A stretch of DNA of 64,000 bases, taken from an uncultured Candidatus Poseidoniales archaeon. GTDB taxonomy: Archaea; Thermoplasmatota; Poseidoniia; Poseidoniales; Poseidoniaceae. The stretch lies in the NCBI GenBank assembly GCA_902605365.1, contig CACLCM010000001.1, forward strand, positions 6,762-70,761, in the 5' to 3' direction. The notes beneath the pieces were generated by a model. The model searched no databases. It was given only the letters and a program-made list of their open reading frames with translations, and was not told where the DNA came from. Positions 27,367 through 36,391 of this stretch are shown piece after piece; the stretch's first letter is position 1, and every line of letters starts with the position of its first letter. A program made the translations under genes and the position numbers.

Positions 27367-28541
27367 ACTAGTCTAGAGTCACAAGCATATCTTCTAGAAC
27401 AACTTTCGCACTTTCCTTTGCGATTATGATTTCTTTCCGCCCCGCCTTCAGTCATCAATCTTTGAATTTCTTTGACGGCAGAAAAGAGGGAATGCTTGTT
27501 TGAGTCATTCCAATCAATCGAATGTAGGTTTTCACTTCCATACCTCAGCACTCCATAAGGAGGTTTTCTACCAGTTGTAGATTCGACCAAATGGAGATAG
27601 GCCAATAACTGCATTTTGTGGGACTTGTGAGGGCTCTTCGGTATCTTTCCAGTCTTTTGCTCAACAGGGATAAATTCACCCTCGACGATGACAATTTGAT
27701 CTGGTCTTCCCCGTAGCCCAGTAAAACCATCAACTAAGAGTCCAGCCTTTGATTCATCATCCGAATAAGTTACTTCAATATCTGCTTCGATACCAGCTTC
27801 CATTCTAGCAACTTCCAGCGCATTATCGGCAAGCAGTGCTCTCTGCAATTGCCAAGAAGCGAGCAGTGTCCATAGCATTGCCATAGATACCAAAATAAAT
27901 CCAGCTTGTTCCTTATCTGCCGCCCAAGTCAAGCCAATTGCGTGAAGGCCAAATATGGTGGCTCCCATTAGCAAACCGGCTTCGACCCTTCCACCTTGCC
28001 CCCATCCGCCAATAAATCCGTACGGCTGAAATGTGTTAGGAAGAATTGTATCATCTAGGTTTTTTAAATCATCAAATTCATTGGTCCTTTGAATCGGATT
28101 ATCAAACCATTTTCTCCACGGGAGATATACTGCAATCAGTCCTAAAAACAGCCAAACTATCGCTAAAATAGTTAGATATCTTGCAACATCCTCTGGAGCT
28201 CTAGTATTGGAAATAGTCATGAAAATTATTGCATCTGAAATGAAAATAATGATTATCGCGAACCACCATGACCAAATCACTAATGCTCTTTTCAATTCAT
28301 TTTGTTTTTGTTTGAAACCAGATACTTTTTGATGTATTTCAGCATGCTTTTCTCTACCTGCAGAAATTGCATCTCCTCGTCCCGTTTTACCATCTCGGGC
28401 CAATGCCCAAGACAGCGGACAATATGCGTGCCTCTCCAAATCACTAGCGGAAACATGGAGAGCATCACCTTCCTTATTGCGCCAAAAACCATCATCGCTT
28501 TCAACTGCGATTACGGATTCATTGGCTCTCTCAGTAGTCAC
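27363..28541 (-). CDS. Cas4-like PD-(D/E)xK nuclease (DUF83 family, Fe-S cysteines) with a 4-TM membrane insertion between nuclease motifs I and II; solo, no cas/CRISPR context
   Basis: N-terminal ERHAYCPLSWAL (Cas4 N-terminal Cys). GREKHAEIH (motif I). Four hydrophobic helices. RPDQIVIVEGEFIPVEQKTGK (motifs II/III D...ExK). QLLAYLHLV (QxxxY). C-terminal CESCSRRYAC (Cx2Cx5C). Confidence 0.7.
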   Translation of the reverse strand: MTTERANESVIAVESDDGFWRNKEGDALHVSASDLERHAYCPLSWALARDGKTGRGDAISAGREKHAEIHQKVSGFKQKQNELKRALVIWSWWFAIIIIFISDAIIFMTISNTRAPEDVARYLTILAIVWLFLGLIAVYLPWRKWFDNPIQRTNEFDDLKNLDDTILPNTFQPYGFIGGWGQGGRVEAGLLMGATIFGLHAIGLTWAADKEQAGFILVSMAMLWTLLASWQLQRALLADNALEVARMEAGIEADIEVTYSDDESKAGLLVDGFTGLRGRPDQIVIVEGEFIPVEQKTGKIPKSPHKSHKMQLLAYLHLVESTTGRKPPYGVLRYGSENLHSIDWNDSNKHSLFSAVKEIQRLMTEGGAERNHNRKGKCESCSRRYACDSRLV

Positions 28542-28667
28542 TAAAGGCCCCCTACTCTACATCCTGAGGGTCGATTGCCATCAAGGTTACCCCGGTATGT
28601 TGAAATCCGATTTCGCTATACTGCGCCTTGAAACCAACATTACCTCGGACGAAGCGGTTATTTAGGG

Positions 28668-29300
28668 GTGGATGGTGGCCCGAATGCTGGAGTCAATACT
28701 ATGACTGAACTTCTTATCGACCGTGAAACCTATGAGACACATGCTGTTCACATTGGTACTCAACAAAAGAGCGCAGATATGGCACAATTTATTCAAGAGG
28801 TTCGCTCTGATGGATTGTACCTGATTGATATCGAAATCACAGATAGCAGAATACGTGCAATCTCTCAATTCCTTGGTCGCTACAATGCAGCCAACATCAT
28901 GGTTGTCAGTGCCCGCCAATACGGACAGCGCCCAGCACGCATGTTCGCAGAGGCAATCGGCGCAAGAGCCAGCGTAGGTCGTTTCATTCCAGGGAGTCTG
29001 ACCAATCCTGCTCTACGTTCCTACGTAGAACCTGATATGCTGTTCGTTACAGATCCTGCAGCAGACCAGCAAGCACTACGTGAAGCTGTAAACACAGGAC
29101 TTCCAATCGTTGGAATCTGTGATGCTAACAACAATCTTCGAAATGTCGACCTAGCACTACCTGCTAACAACAAGGGTCGCAAATCCCTTTCTCTTCTTTA
29201 CTGGATTCTAGCACGTGAAGTTTTGAAAGCACGTGGAGAGACAACTGACGAGGCATGGGCAGAAGCTCAAGACCTAGAAGACTGGGAATCTACTTTCTAA
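28668..29300 (+). CDS. rps2: 30S ribosomal protein S2 (uS2), archaeal type
   Basis: HIGTQQK, VSARQYGQRP, GRFIPGSLTNP, VTDP, NNKGRKSL blocks diagnostic for archaeal S2. Confidence 0.9.
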   Translation: MDGGPNAGVNTMTELLIDRETYETHAVHIGTQQKSADMAQFIQEVRSDGLYLIDIEITDSRIRAISQFLGRYNAANIMVVSARQYGQRPARMFAEAIGARASVGRFIPGSLTNPALRSYVEPDMLFVTDPAADQQALREAVNTGLPIVGICDANNNLRNVDLALPANNKGRKSLSLLYWILAREVLKARGETTDEAWAEAQDLEDWESTF

Positions 29301-29329
29301 GTAAGTCCAACCCCCTAGGGTGATGAAAG

Positions 29330-30355
29330 ATGAGTGCTTTCATCCTGCCCAAGCCAGGTGAATGGGATGGAGATGTTCGTCCTCTATTCTTAGCACCAAT
29401 GTCTGGAGTGACCGATTTAGCATATCGGCTACTTGCTAAGGAGTGCGGTGCAGATTTTACAATTACAGAATTTACTAATTCTACAGCACTGACTCGTGAT
29501 GCTGCAACTTCGTGGAGGAAAATGGAGACGTGTGAAGCAGAGAATCCGTTTATTCCTCAAATCTTTGGCGGAGTTTCCAAAGACATGGCTCTAGCATCAG
29601 AACTGTTGTCTGATAGTGCGGACATCATCGACCTAAATTTTGGATGTCCCGCCCCTAAGATCACCAAAATATGTGCAGGCGCCGCATTGATGGGCCAACC
29701 TGAAAACTTGGTTTCGATGTGTGAAGAAGTCGTTGACAGAGTAGATATTCCTGTCACTGCCAAAATGCGTTTAGGAACAGGGCAAGGCGATTTTAACGCG
29801 AAAGAAATTTGTCAGGAACTTGAGCATGTTGGAATACAGCGTCTGTGTGTACATGGCAGAACTCTCAAGCAGAGATACTCAGGTGTTGCAGATTGGGATT
29901 ACATTACTAGCGTTGTAGAGTCAGTAGAATTACCAGTCATAGCAAATGGAGACGTGGTTGATTCGGATTCCGCTAAGGCATGTCTTAGTCAAACCAATGC
30001 TGCAGGATTGATGATAGGCAGAGGAGCAATTGGGCGACCTTCAATTTTTGGAGAAATTAAAGTTGGTTTAGGGTGGATGGAAAAAGAAGACCTTCCATGG
30101 ATAAAAGCCCATGAAGGAAACTGGGAAAATCTTACAGAAACAGCTCAGCAATTTGCAACTCGAAGATGGTGTTGGAATCGTTACATTGAGTTGGCTAGAG
30201 AGACTACAGGACTGGAACTAAAATCGATGCGAGGACATGCAGTATCTTTCACTAAGGGGTTACCTAGCGCAAAGAAAATCCGTAGTATAATGCATGGTAA
30301 AACTAGCAAAGAAGAATTCGCTGCAGCAACTAGTGACTTCCTAGCATCAAACTGA
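29330..30355 (+). CDS. dus: tRNA-dihydrouridine synthase (Dus family, FMN TIM-barrel)
   Basis: LAPMSGVTDLAYRLL, DLNFGCPAPKI, VTAKMRLG, CVHGRT motifs of the Dus family. Confidence 0.8.
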   Translation: MSAFILPKPGEWDGDVRPLFLAPMSGVTDLAYRLLAKECGADFTITEFTNSTALTRDAATSWRKMETCEAENPFIPQIFGGVSKDMALASELLSDSADIIDLNFGCPAPKITKICAGAALMGQPENLVSMCEEVVDRVDIPVTAKMRLGTGQGDFNAKEICQELEHVGIQRLCVHGRTLKQRYSGVADWDYITSVVESVELPVIANGDVVDSDSAKACLSQTNAAGLMIGRGAIGRPSIFGEIKVGLGWMEKEDLPWIKAHEGNWENLTETAQQFATRRWCWNRYIELARETTGLELKSMRGHAVSFTKGLPSAKKIRSIMHGKTSKEEFAAATSDFLASN

Positions 30356-30439
30356 ACGGGTGGCGTTAGCAGCGATTCAGTGATACTACTTTGAATCGTA
30401 AAATAAAATGAGAATGGGTTTTATGACCCTCTCTATTTT

Positions 30440-30820
30440 TCATTTGTCTGCTATATTTTTCTCAAAATCGGTTTTTCCAAATCCATCTGGAATACCCCAC
30501 TTTTTGATATAAAATTCAATTGGAACAGCTCCATTTCCTCTGTCGACACCGTAATTTTCATCATAGATGTCCTCCACTATAGGCGCTGGACCATCGTATG
30601 ACAAGTACCAATTCTCAGCGACACCAGGACCACTCTCTGTGTCATCTGGACCAATCCAATTTTCATCCCTCTGTTTCATATTTGTTGTAGCAGTATTGCC
30701 AAAAATTTTGGAAATGAAATTCATTAGCCAGGCGAACATAATTCCCCCACACATACTCGATTTATAGACAATATGCAATTTCGAATCATAGGGAGAACTT
30801 GTGAATGCCCCCGTTTGCAT
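30440..30820 (-). CDS. Hypothetical small protein; first codons (MQTG) lie inside inverted-repeat copy A
   Basis: ORF only; the start overlaps the repeat element. Confidence 0.35.
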   Translation of the reverse strand: MQTGAFTSSPYDSKLHIVYKSSMCGGIMFAWLMNFISKIFGNTATTNMKQRDENWIGPDDTESGPGVAENWYLSYDGPAPIVEDIYDENYGVDRGNGAVPIEFYIKKWGIPDGFGKTDFEKNIADK

Positions 30821-30905
30821 GGGTAGCGTCTAAAATGACCCACGCAAAGCCCATTCAAACAACAATCACATTCGGAAGGGTATTCGGATAGGCCCTTGCG
30901 AATTA
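30806..30905. repeat. Inverted-repeat copy A (about 100 bp) of a three-copy element; left boundary of a 1.65-kb cassette
   Basis: About 85-90% identical to the reverse complement of 32341-32450 (shared core CATGGGTAGCGTCTAAAATGACCCACGCAAAGCCCATTCAAACA). Confidence 0.7.
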
Positions 30906-31091
30906 TCCATATTTGATTATTTGATACTCAATTTCTTTTCTAAACACTACCCTGGTGTATGCCCTTGTACACATGGGTGTCCCATTAACACTCTATCACG
31001 TATGCAGGCACAAGGGCCACTCTATGATATCGACAGAATTCTTTAGGATGGATGATAAATGAATTAAAAAAAGTCCCCCTCATCTACATAC

Positions 31092-31685
31092 ATGGACTCA
31101 GGCCTAGGAGACGACGAAGTCGTTCCTTCGAAACTCGACAAGGATTTCACAACGGAACCCGTCTCGGTAATAGGCCTCATCGCTTTTTCCTTTTTTGTAG
31201 TACCAGGAGCGTTTATTTTCGGAGGGGTGGGGGTCTGGTTACTGTTCTTCTCGATAATGAATCCATATCACGAAGACGGGGGACTAGTGGGGTTTGTATG
31301 TATGGGGATTCCCCTTACATTAGTTGGATTGTTTTGCTTCTTATTATGGTGGGCTGGCGTAATCAAGGAACGCCTGCGCATACAGCACAGCAGGGATCGA
31401 CTGGTCTACCAGGCTACGCTTCTCGGGCTCGGGCTCCCTCCGCTTAGGGGACTCGGTTTACTCTCCGAGAAGAGGCGCCTCTCAGAAGCAGTTTACCTCG
31501 AGACCGACAAAGATGGGGACGATGCAATGATCCACGGCCGCTCGAGCGAGGGGGTGGAATGGGAGCTTGATATCGATTCTGTGGTTTCCGAATTGGCGGA
31601 AGCCGAGAATCCATACAACCCACCACGCCAAAAAAAGGCGAGAGATATAGCGGAATCAATTGGCATTGAGTTCCGAATGGAGTGA
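31092..31685 (+). CDS. Hypothetical membrane protein (2 TM helices + cytoplasmic domain) encoded in visibly GC-richer DNA
   Basis: Hydrophobic helices VIGLIAFSFFVVPGAFIFGGVGVWLLFF and FVCMGIPLTLVGLFCFLLWWAGVI. Codon and GC usage differ from the neighbours by eye. Confidence 0.5.
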   Translation: MDSGLGDDEVVPSKLDKDFTTEPVSVIGLIAFSFFVVPGAFIFGGVGVWLLFFSIMNPYHEDGGLVGFVCMGIPLTLVGLFCFLLWWAGVIKERLRIQHSRDRLVYQATLLGLGLPPLRGLGLLSEKRRLSEAVYLETDKDGDDAMIHGRSSEGVEWELDIDSVVSELAEAENPYNPPRQKKARDIAESIGIEFRME

Positions 31686-31740
31686 CGTAATACCCTAAAG
31701 TGAATATCAACAGTATCATTGGGATATACATTGGTAGATG

Positions 31741-31840
31741 TTGAAGACCATCTAGTCTGATATTCGGATGGGTCCCCCTTCCAAACACCCTCATTCGAGA
31801 GGGTACCCATGCAAACGGGGGTATTGGCATGGGTTTCGAA
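31741..31840. repeat. Internal partial copy B of the repeat element (same orientation as copy C)
   Basis: Shares CCCATGCAAACGGGGG and TATTCGGAT blocks with copy A (as reverse complement). Confidence 0.5.
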
Positions 31841-31880
31841 AGGGCCGTCATATTGAGGCTTGTAATCGTCGCAATTTTGG

Positions 31881-32285
31881 TTAGCGCGACGCTTCGTAAT
31901 CAATTATGCATGGGGATTCATGAATGTACACTACCTCTTGTTCTCGGGTTTTTGCCTCACAAGAAATGCATACTGGAATTGCAGTAATTATCTCATCGTA
32001 AGTCGTGATTCTATCGTCATCATGTACAGAAAATGTGTCGTCTTCAGTATTCAAATCAGTAATTTCACATGTAACCATAATTGACTTTTTTGAATAATTT
32101 GAGCAGTCAAAAATAGAGCAGGGGAAATTATAATCCTCATGTGCTTGACTGATTGCGTGAATCCATGTCATAGAGTATGAGCGCCTACCGTATTTCTTGC
32201 GTGGAGATGAAGTAGATATGTCAGAAATAATTAATCTTTCATACTCGCCCTCATCGAGGATATATGGTGCTAAATCAATTGCCAT
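31881..32285 (-). CDS. Hypothetical Cys-rich small protein (134 aa) within the repeat-flanked cassette
   Basis: ORF with CSIFDCS and CISCEAK cysteine pairs; no recognisable family. Confidence 0.35.
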   Translation of the reverse strand: MAIDLAPYILDEGEYERLIISDISTSSPRKKYGRRSYSMTWIHAISQAHEDYNFPCSIFDCSNYSKKSIMVTCEITDLNTEDDTFSVHDDDRITTYDEIITAIPVCISCEAKTREQEVVYIHESPCIIDYEASR

Positions 32286-32340
32286 GTGATTACTAAGTTA
32301 GTTGAACATATAATACTAGTCAAAAGTATCAACATATTCA

Positions 32341-32450
32341 TTCGGATACTTTACAAGAGGTTATCCGATTACCCATTCGAATGTAATTGATGTTTGAATG
32401 GGCTTTGCGTGGGTCATTTTAGACGCTACCCATGCGAACACCTGTGATAC
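32341..32450. repeat. Inverted-repeat copy C; right boundary of the cassette
   Basis: Reverse complement aligns with 30806-30905 over about 95 bp. Confidence 0.7.
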
Positions 32451-32462
32451 GAGTCCAGAAAT

Positions 32463-35084
32463 CTATTCTAGTAATCTTCTAGTCTCATCTGGGTCGATGA
32501 AGATAGCACCTATGATCACCACAGTTTCCAATACTGCAGAGATAAGGAATAGTGTTGGATAATCAAATCTGCTTGCAAGAGGGTCAGTCAATTGGTAGCC
32601 AATAACCGCTGACAAATTCATCATAGCCATGTAGGCAGTAAATTGCGTTCCACCAACTTCGCCCCAGGTAATCCTCATCATCAATGAATATACGTTGATT
32701 GCAACCATTGCCCAAAGCAATGTGTGAATCGACCATATAGACATCATGAACAAACTACTACTCCAAAGTGACTCGCTCATTCCCCAAAATGCAGTGGCAA
32801 GTGCAGCCCCAAGCGCGGAATAAATCATCACTGATTTGCCGCCAAACTTTCTCCCAAGCTGACCTCCTACAATGTATCCAATCATAGTTACAACAAGTAT
32901 TACTCCACCCTTCGTGGCATTGAATTTTTCTTGAGACCAACTCAATTCTGCCAAGAACAATAATGGTAGAACTGGCACGAGGAAGAATGAGAGAGATATC
33001 ACCAAACTAAGGGCGATTCCTAACTGGGTTGAGCGAAGTGAAAATGCAGTTTTTACATTTGACAATATTTCTTTGAAAGTACGTTCCTCTTCTTCTGCCT
33101 TAGTCCCATCTGGGTATGTGATTTCTATCGTAATCTCCTCATCCCAAGGGAATAATTTCTCTCCGGGCCTCTCTCTCATCAATAATGGGACCAGCATGAT
33201 GACTAGGAGGATTGGAATCTGGAGTAATATTGCACCAGTGATTCCGATTTTACCTATGATTGTCCCTAGTCCCGCTCCACCGATTATTCCTCCAACGGTT
33301 TTGGATGTGAACATGTAGCTGTTGACCTTCTCCATTTCATGCGGCTTTAGTATGTCAACCGCAAGAGCATCTGTGCTGACATCTTGTAGAGAGGTGAATA
33401 TATTGTAGACCAAAAACATCGTCGCAACCAACTGAACATTGCTTGCCGGATTAGGAATGAATAACATCGAAGATAGTATCAAGACCATTCCTGTTTGTGC
33501 GATTAAAATCCAAGGTCTTCTTCTTCCGAACTGGCGGTATTGGAAGCGATCTATTACCGGGCCCCATAGGAATTTCAGTGACCAAGGTAAAGTTCCTAGA
33601 GTTAGTAAAAATGCTAACTCCTTTGCTGCAACTCCCTCTACTGCGAGGAATGTTACGAAAGTTACAGTGATGAATCCCCAAGGTATTCCTTGGGCGACAT
33701 ACAGAGCGCATAGAGTCAGTACTCTTGCCCGATAATTATCTATCAACGTTTTACCTTCAGAATCGGATTCTTTAGGTCCTGAAATTTCAGAATCATCTTC
33801 CAAAATCATTCCTAATTGGAATTGGTCTCTTCTTATAGTAATGAATCCTACAACTGCAAACATTCCTAAGAACCAAGGCGAGAACAGTATTCCCGAAATA
33901 CTACCAGTGCCAACCGACATAGAAGATGCCGAATCTTCTTCGCTAGTCATATCCGATTCATTGGAATTCCAATCTAGCCATGCTAGAGTTGCAACGACAT
34001 CTAAGCCAGTTTGTAGACCAGATTCCAAATTATTTCGTCCTCCTGCAAGAGTATTAATTACTGCAACATTATCGCTTTGTGAGTGTTTTGGAGTTTGTTC
34101 ACAAGAATCACCTTCTTCGAAAATATACTGATGCTGACCCCTTAACCAAGTGGCAGTATGGTTGTTCATTATGAAATTGAAATGGTCGGAGTTTCCTTTG
34201 GTATCATCGATAACACGAACCCATTCATCAGGATGAGATAGGTCCGAATTAATTTGTTTGAGATGGTTTTGAAACCATTCAGCATTCGAACGCATTTCAT
34301 CTGTAACCTCTAATCCATTATTCTCATAATATGACCAATCTGAAACAGGAGATGTGAACATGTAAAGCGTCCAATAATCCTCATCACAGCCCGATAATTG
34401 ACTTGCTAATGGTGTAGGGACTGGCCAATTAAGTCCGAACATATCGAGATTGACATAGGTGACATTAACATCATCAGGAATCTGTTCGGTAACGAAATGA
34501 AGACTACCCATCCCTCCTCCTTCAGAAGATGATGACCCCTGCCATTCCTCATAGTCCCACCATGCTAATTTCCACGTGTGTGAAGGAGTTTGGTTCCATT
34601 CCGAAAAAGTTCTCGCCAATTCCAGTAGTGATCCACTTCCTGTACCGTCATCATAAGCTCCTGAATTTGTACAACCAGTATATGTCTGTCCGATTAGAGG
34701 CGGAGGAGAATAGCAAATCGCATCATGATGGGCACCTACAACAATCCAATCATCCTCTTGAGTTCCATTGATGGTTACAACCAAATTTTCACAGTTATTA
34801 CATTCTTGAGTTTGGAAAGGTTGCCTTTCAACATAATATCCCATCCCCTCTAACTCTTCAGCAATCCAGTCTCTTGCGTCAAAGTTAGCCTGAGTGTCAA
34901 TCTTTCTGTAACCGAAGTCTGCCATCGCCACCATGTTGTCATACGCAGCACTCCCTTCAGGCCAAGCAGGAGGAACTTCATCGGCTTGTGCTTTGACATC
35001 ATTTGGATATGCAAGTGCGCTTGAAAGTGATACTTGAACTACCAATAGGCCCAGAAGGATTGCGAAAACCAACCTCCTGTGCAT
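32463..35084 (-). CDS. Fusion protein: secreted M28-family zinc aminopeptidase domain + AmpG-like MFS permease domain (about 12 TM)
   Basis: Signal peptide. M28 ligand motifs VVGAHHDA, AYDDGTGS, DYEEW, NLDMFG, SDHFNF. C-terminal half with LPWSLKFLWGPVIDR (AmpG/MFS signature) and multiple TM helices. Confidence 0.75.
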   Translation of the reverse strand: MHRRLVFAILLGLLVVQVSLSSALAYPNDVKAQADEVPPAWPEGSAAYDNMVAMADFGYRKIDTQANFDARDWIAEELEGMGYYVERQPFQTQECNNCENLVVTINGTQEDDWIVVGAHHDAICYSPPPLIGQTYTGCTNSGAYDDGTGSGSLLELARTFSEWNQTPSHTWKLAWWDYEEWQGSSSSEGGGMGSLHFVTEQIPDDVNVTYVNLDMFGLNWPVPTPLASQLSGCDEDYWTLYMFTSPVSDWSYYENNGLEVTDEMRSNAEWFQNHLKQINSDLSHPDEWVRVIDDTKGNSDHFNFIMNNHTATWLRGQHQYIFEEGDSCEQTPKHSQSDNVAVINTLAGGRNNLESGLQTGLDVVATLAWLDWNSNESDMTSEEDSASSMSVGTGSISGILFSPWFLGMFAVVGFITIRRDQFQLGMILEDDSEISGPKESDSEGKTLIDNYRARVLTLCALYVAQGIPWGFITVTFVTFLAVEGVAAKELAFLLTLGTLPWSLKFLWGPVIDRFQYRQFGRRRPWILIAQTGMVLILSSMLFIPNPASNVQLVATMFLVYNIFTSLQDVSTDALAVDILKPHEMEKVNSYMFTSKTVGGIIGGAGLGTIIGKIGITGAILLQIPILLVIMLVPLLMRERPGEKLFPWDEEITIEITYPDGTKAEEEERTFKEILSNVKTAFSLRSTQLGIALSLVISLSFFLVPVLPLLFLAELSWSQEKFNATKGGVILVVTMIGYIVGGQLGRKFGGKSVMIYSALGAALATAFWGMSESLWSSSLFMMSIWSIHTLLWAMVAINVYSLMMRITWGEVGGTQFTAYMAMMNLSAVIGYQLTDPLASRFDYPTLFLISAVLETVVIIGAIFIDPDETRRLLE

Positions 35085-35155
35085 GCTTAGCGGTAATCGC
35101 TAGGAGTGATAAGGTCTGCGAGAGGGCTCTGTAATCCCTCAAAAATCAATTCAAT

Positions 35156-36391
35156 TCAGACATCAGTCTCGCCAGTTTCAGGGTTTGAAACAGGTGGTAA
35201 GTCTAGAATTGCTCTTTTGACATTAGCGCGCAATAGAGACAAATCTCCGTAACATATCAGAGAATCTCCGAATCTTAGATTCATATCTGGTTCTGGATTC
35301 CAAATCAGGTCACCTTCTCGGGATAATGCGAATACAGGCATTTCTCCCTTGAATATCTCACTAATTGGTAAACCGATTAAGTGTGGATGATTACGCATAT
35401 GAACCGATAGAACACCTTGGCCAGGAATAGTTCTCAATAACTGGTCAACGTTGACTTCATTAAAATCAGATTCCGACATTACATATTCAATAATCGCCGC
35501 TGCTACATTTACGCCACTTGCTTTCTCGATACCTTCTAGGCCAGGTGATGAATTTACTTCCAAAACTAGAGGCCCATTATTGCCCTCAAGAAGGTCAACT
35601 CCTGCGACATTCAGGCCGAGAACTCTAGCTGCTCTGCAAGCGACTTCAGCGTACTCATCACTAATCTCAACACCTTCTACAGTCCCGTTTAGATGGTAAT
35701 TAGAACGGAATTCTCTTCCACGAGCCTTTCGCCTCATACATGCTACAACTTTGCCGCCAACAACCAGGGCGCGAATGTCTTTGCCGTGACTTTCTGCAAT
35801 ATATTCCTGAATCAAAACCGCTTTACCAGTTACGAGTAACCCTTGAACTAGATTGCGAGTCTCATGCAGAGTGTGTCTAAGGAAAACACCTTGTCCTTGA
35901 GTACCTTGAGTGACTTTGACCACAGCAGGCAATCCGCCAACCGCTTCGATTGCACGTTCGATATCTTTCATATCTCTGACATATGCAGTTCTAGGGGTTG
36001 GGATTCTGTTTCTTGCAAGAATCTGCGAAGAGTGTAATTTATCTCGACTTTGAAGGATTCCTTGACTAGTATTTGCAGTCCAGACATCTAACTGTTCAAG
36101 GTGCCTTAGAACTGATACTCCGTGCTTTGTTATCGAATGGCCAATTCTAGGAATTACCGCGTCATAATCGAATTTTTGTCCTTGGTGAAGGATACCAATA
36201 TCCTGTTCAGCCACGAATAACGAAAACTGCATAGGGTCAAGAACTGCAACATCCAAGTCTCGCAGTCTCGCTTCTTCAACTAAACGACGTGTACTATACA
36301 ATCGCGGCCCCCGCGAAAGAACAGCCAACCTTGTCGTCATGGTCATCGAGGCAACCCCTACCTTTTTCAGTCCTTTGCCAACATTAAACAA
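35156..36391 (-). CDS. RimK-family ATP-grasp glutamate ligase (RimK/MptN/CofF-like) with C-terminal TrkA-C (RCK_C) domain; true start probably MTMTTRL... near 36346
   Basis: ATP-grasp blocks VVKVTQGTQGQGVF, LIQEYI, LLEVNSSPGLEGIE. C-terminal VFALSREGDLIWNPEPDMNLRFGDSLICYGD fits the RCK_C pattern. Confidence 0.75.
   Translation of the reverse strand: MFNVGKGLKKVGVASMTMTTRLAVLSRGPRLYSTRRLVEEARLRDLDVAVLDPMQFSLFVAEQDIGILHQGQKFDYDAVIPRIGHSITKHGVSVLRHLEQLDVWTANTSQGILQSRDKLHSSQILARNRIPTPRTAYVRDMKDIERAIEAVGGLPAVVKVTQGTQGQGVFLRHTLHETRNLVQGLLVTGKAVLIQEYIAESHGKDIRALVVGGKVVACMRRKARGREFRSNYHLNGTVEGVEISDEYAEVACRAARVLGLNVAGVDLLEGNNGPLVLEVNSSPGLEGIEKASGVNVAAAIIEYVMSESDFNEVNVDQLLRTIPGQGVLSVHMRNHPHLIGLPISEIFKGEMPVFALSREGDLIWNPEPDMNLRFGDSLICYGDLSLLRANVKRAILDLPPVSNPETGETDV

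Noticed and set aside
31052-31447. 131-aa Arg/Gly-rich ORF in an alternative frame of the GC-rich cargo gene
   Set aside because: GC-rich DNA gives long open alternative frames. The other frame (31092..31685) encodes coherent TM helices.
30806-32450. Possibility that the three roughly 100-bp repeats are a CRISPR array
   Set aside because: There are only three copies. They are about 100 bp long, imperfect, in mixed orientation and separated by 0.4-0.9 kb containing genes. This is not CRISPR-like.
36339-36391. 52-bp overlap of divergent ORFs (RimK-like on minus, membrane protein on plus)
   Set aside because: Probably over-extended starts. The likely real starts (MTMTTRL near 36346 and MSEEISEE at 36429) remove the overlap.
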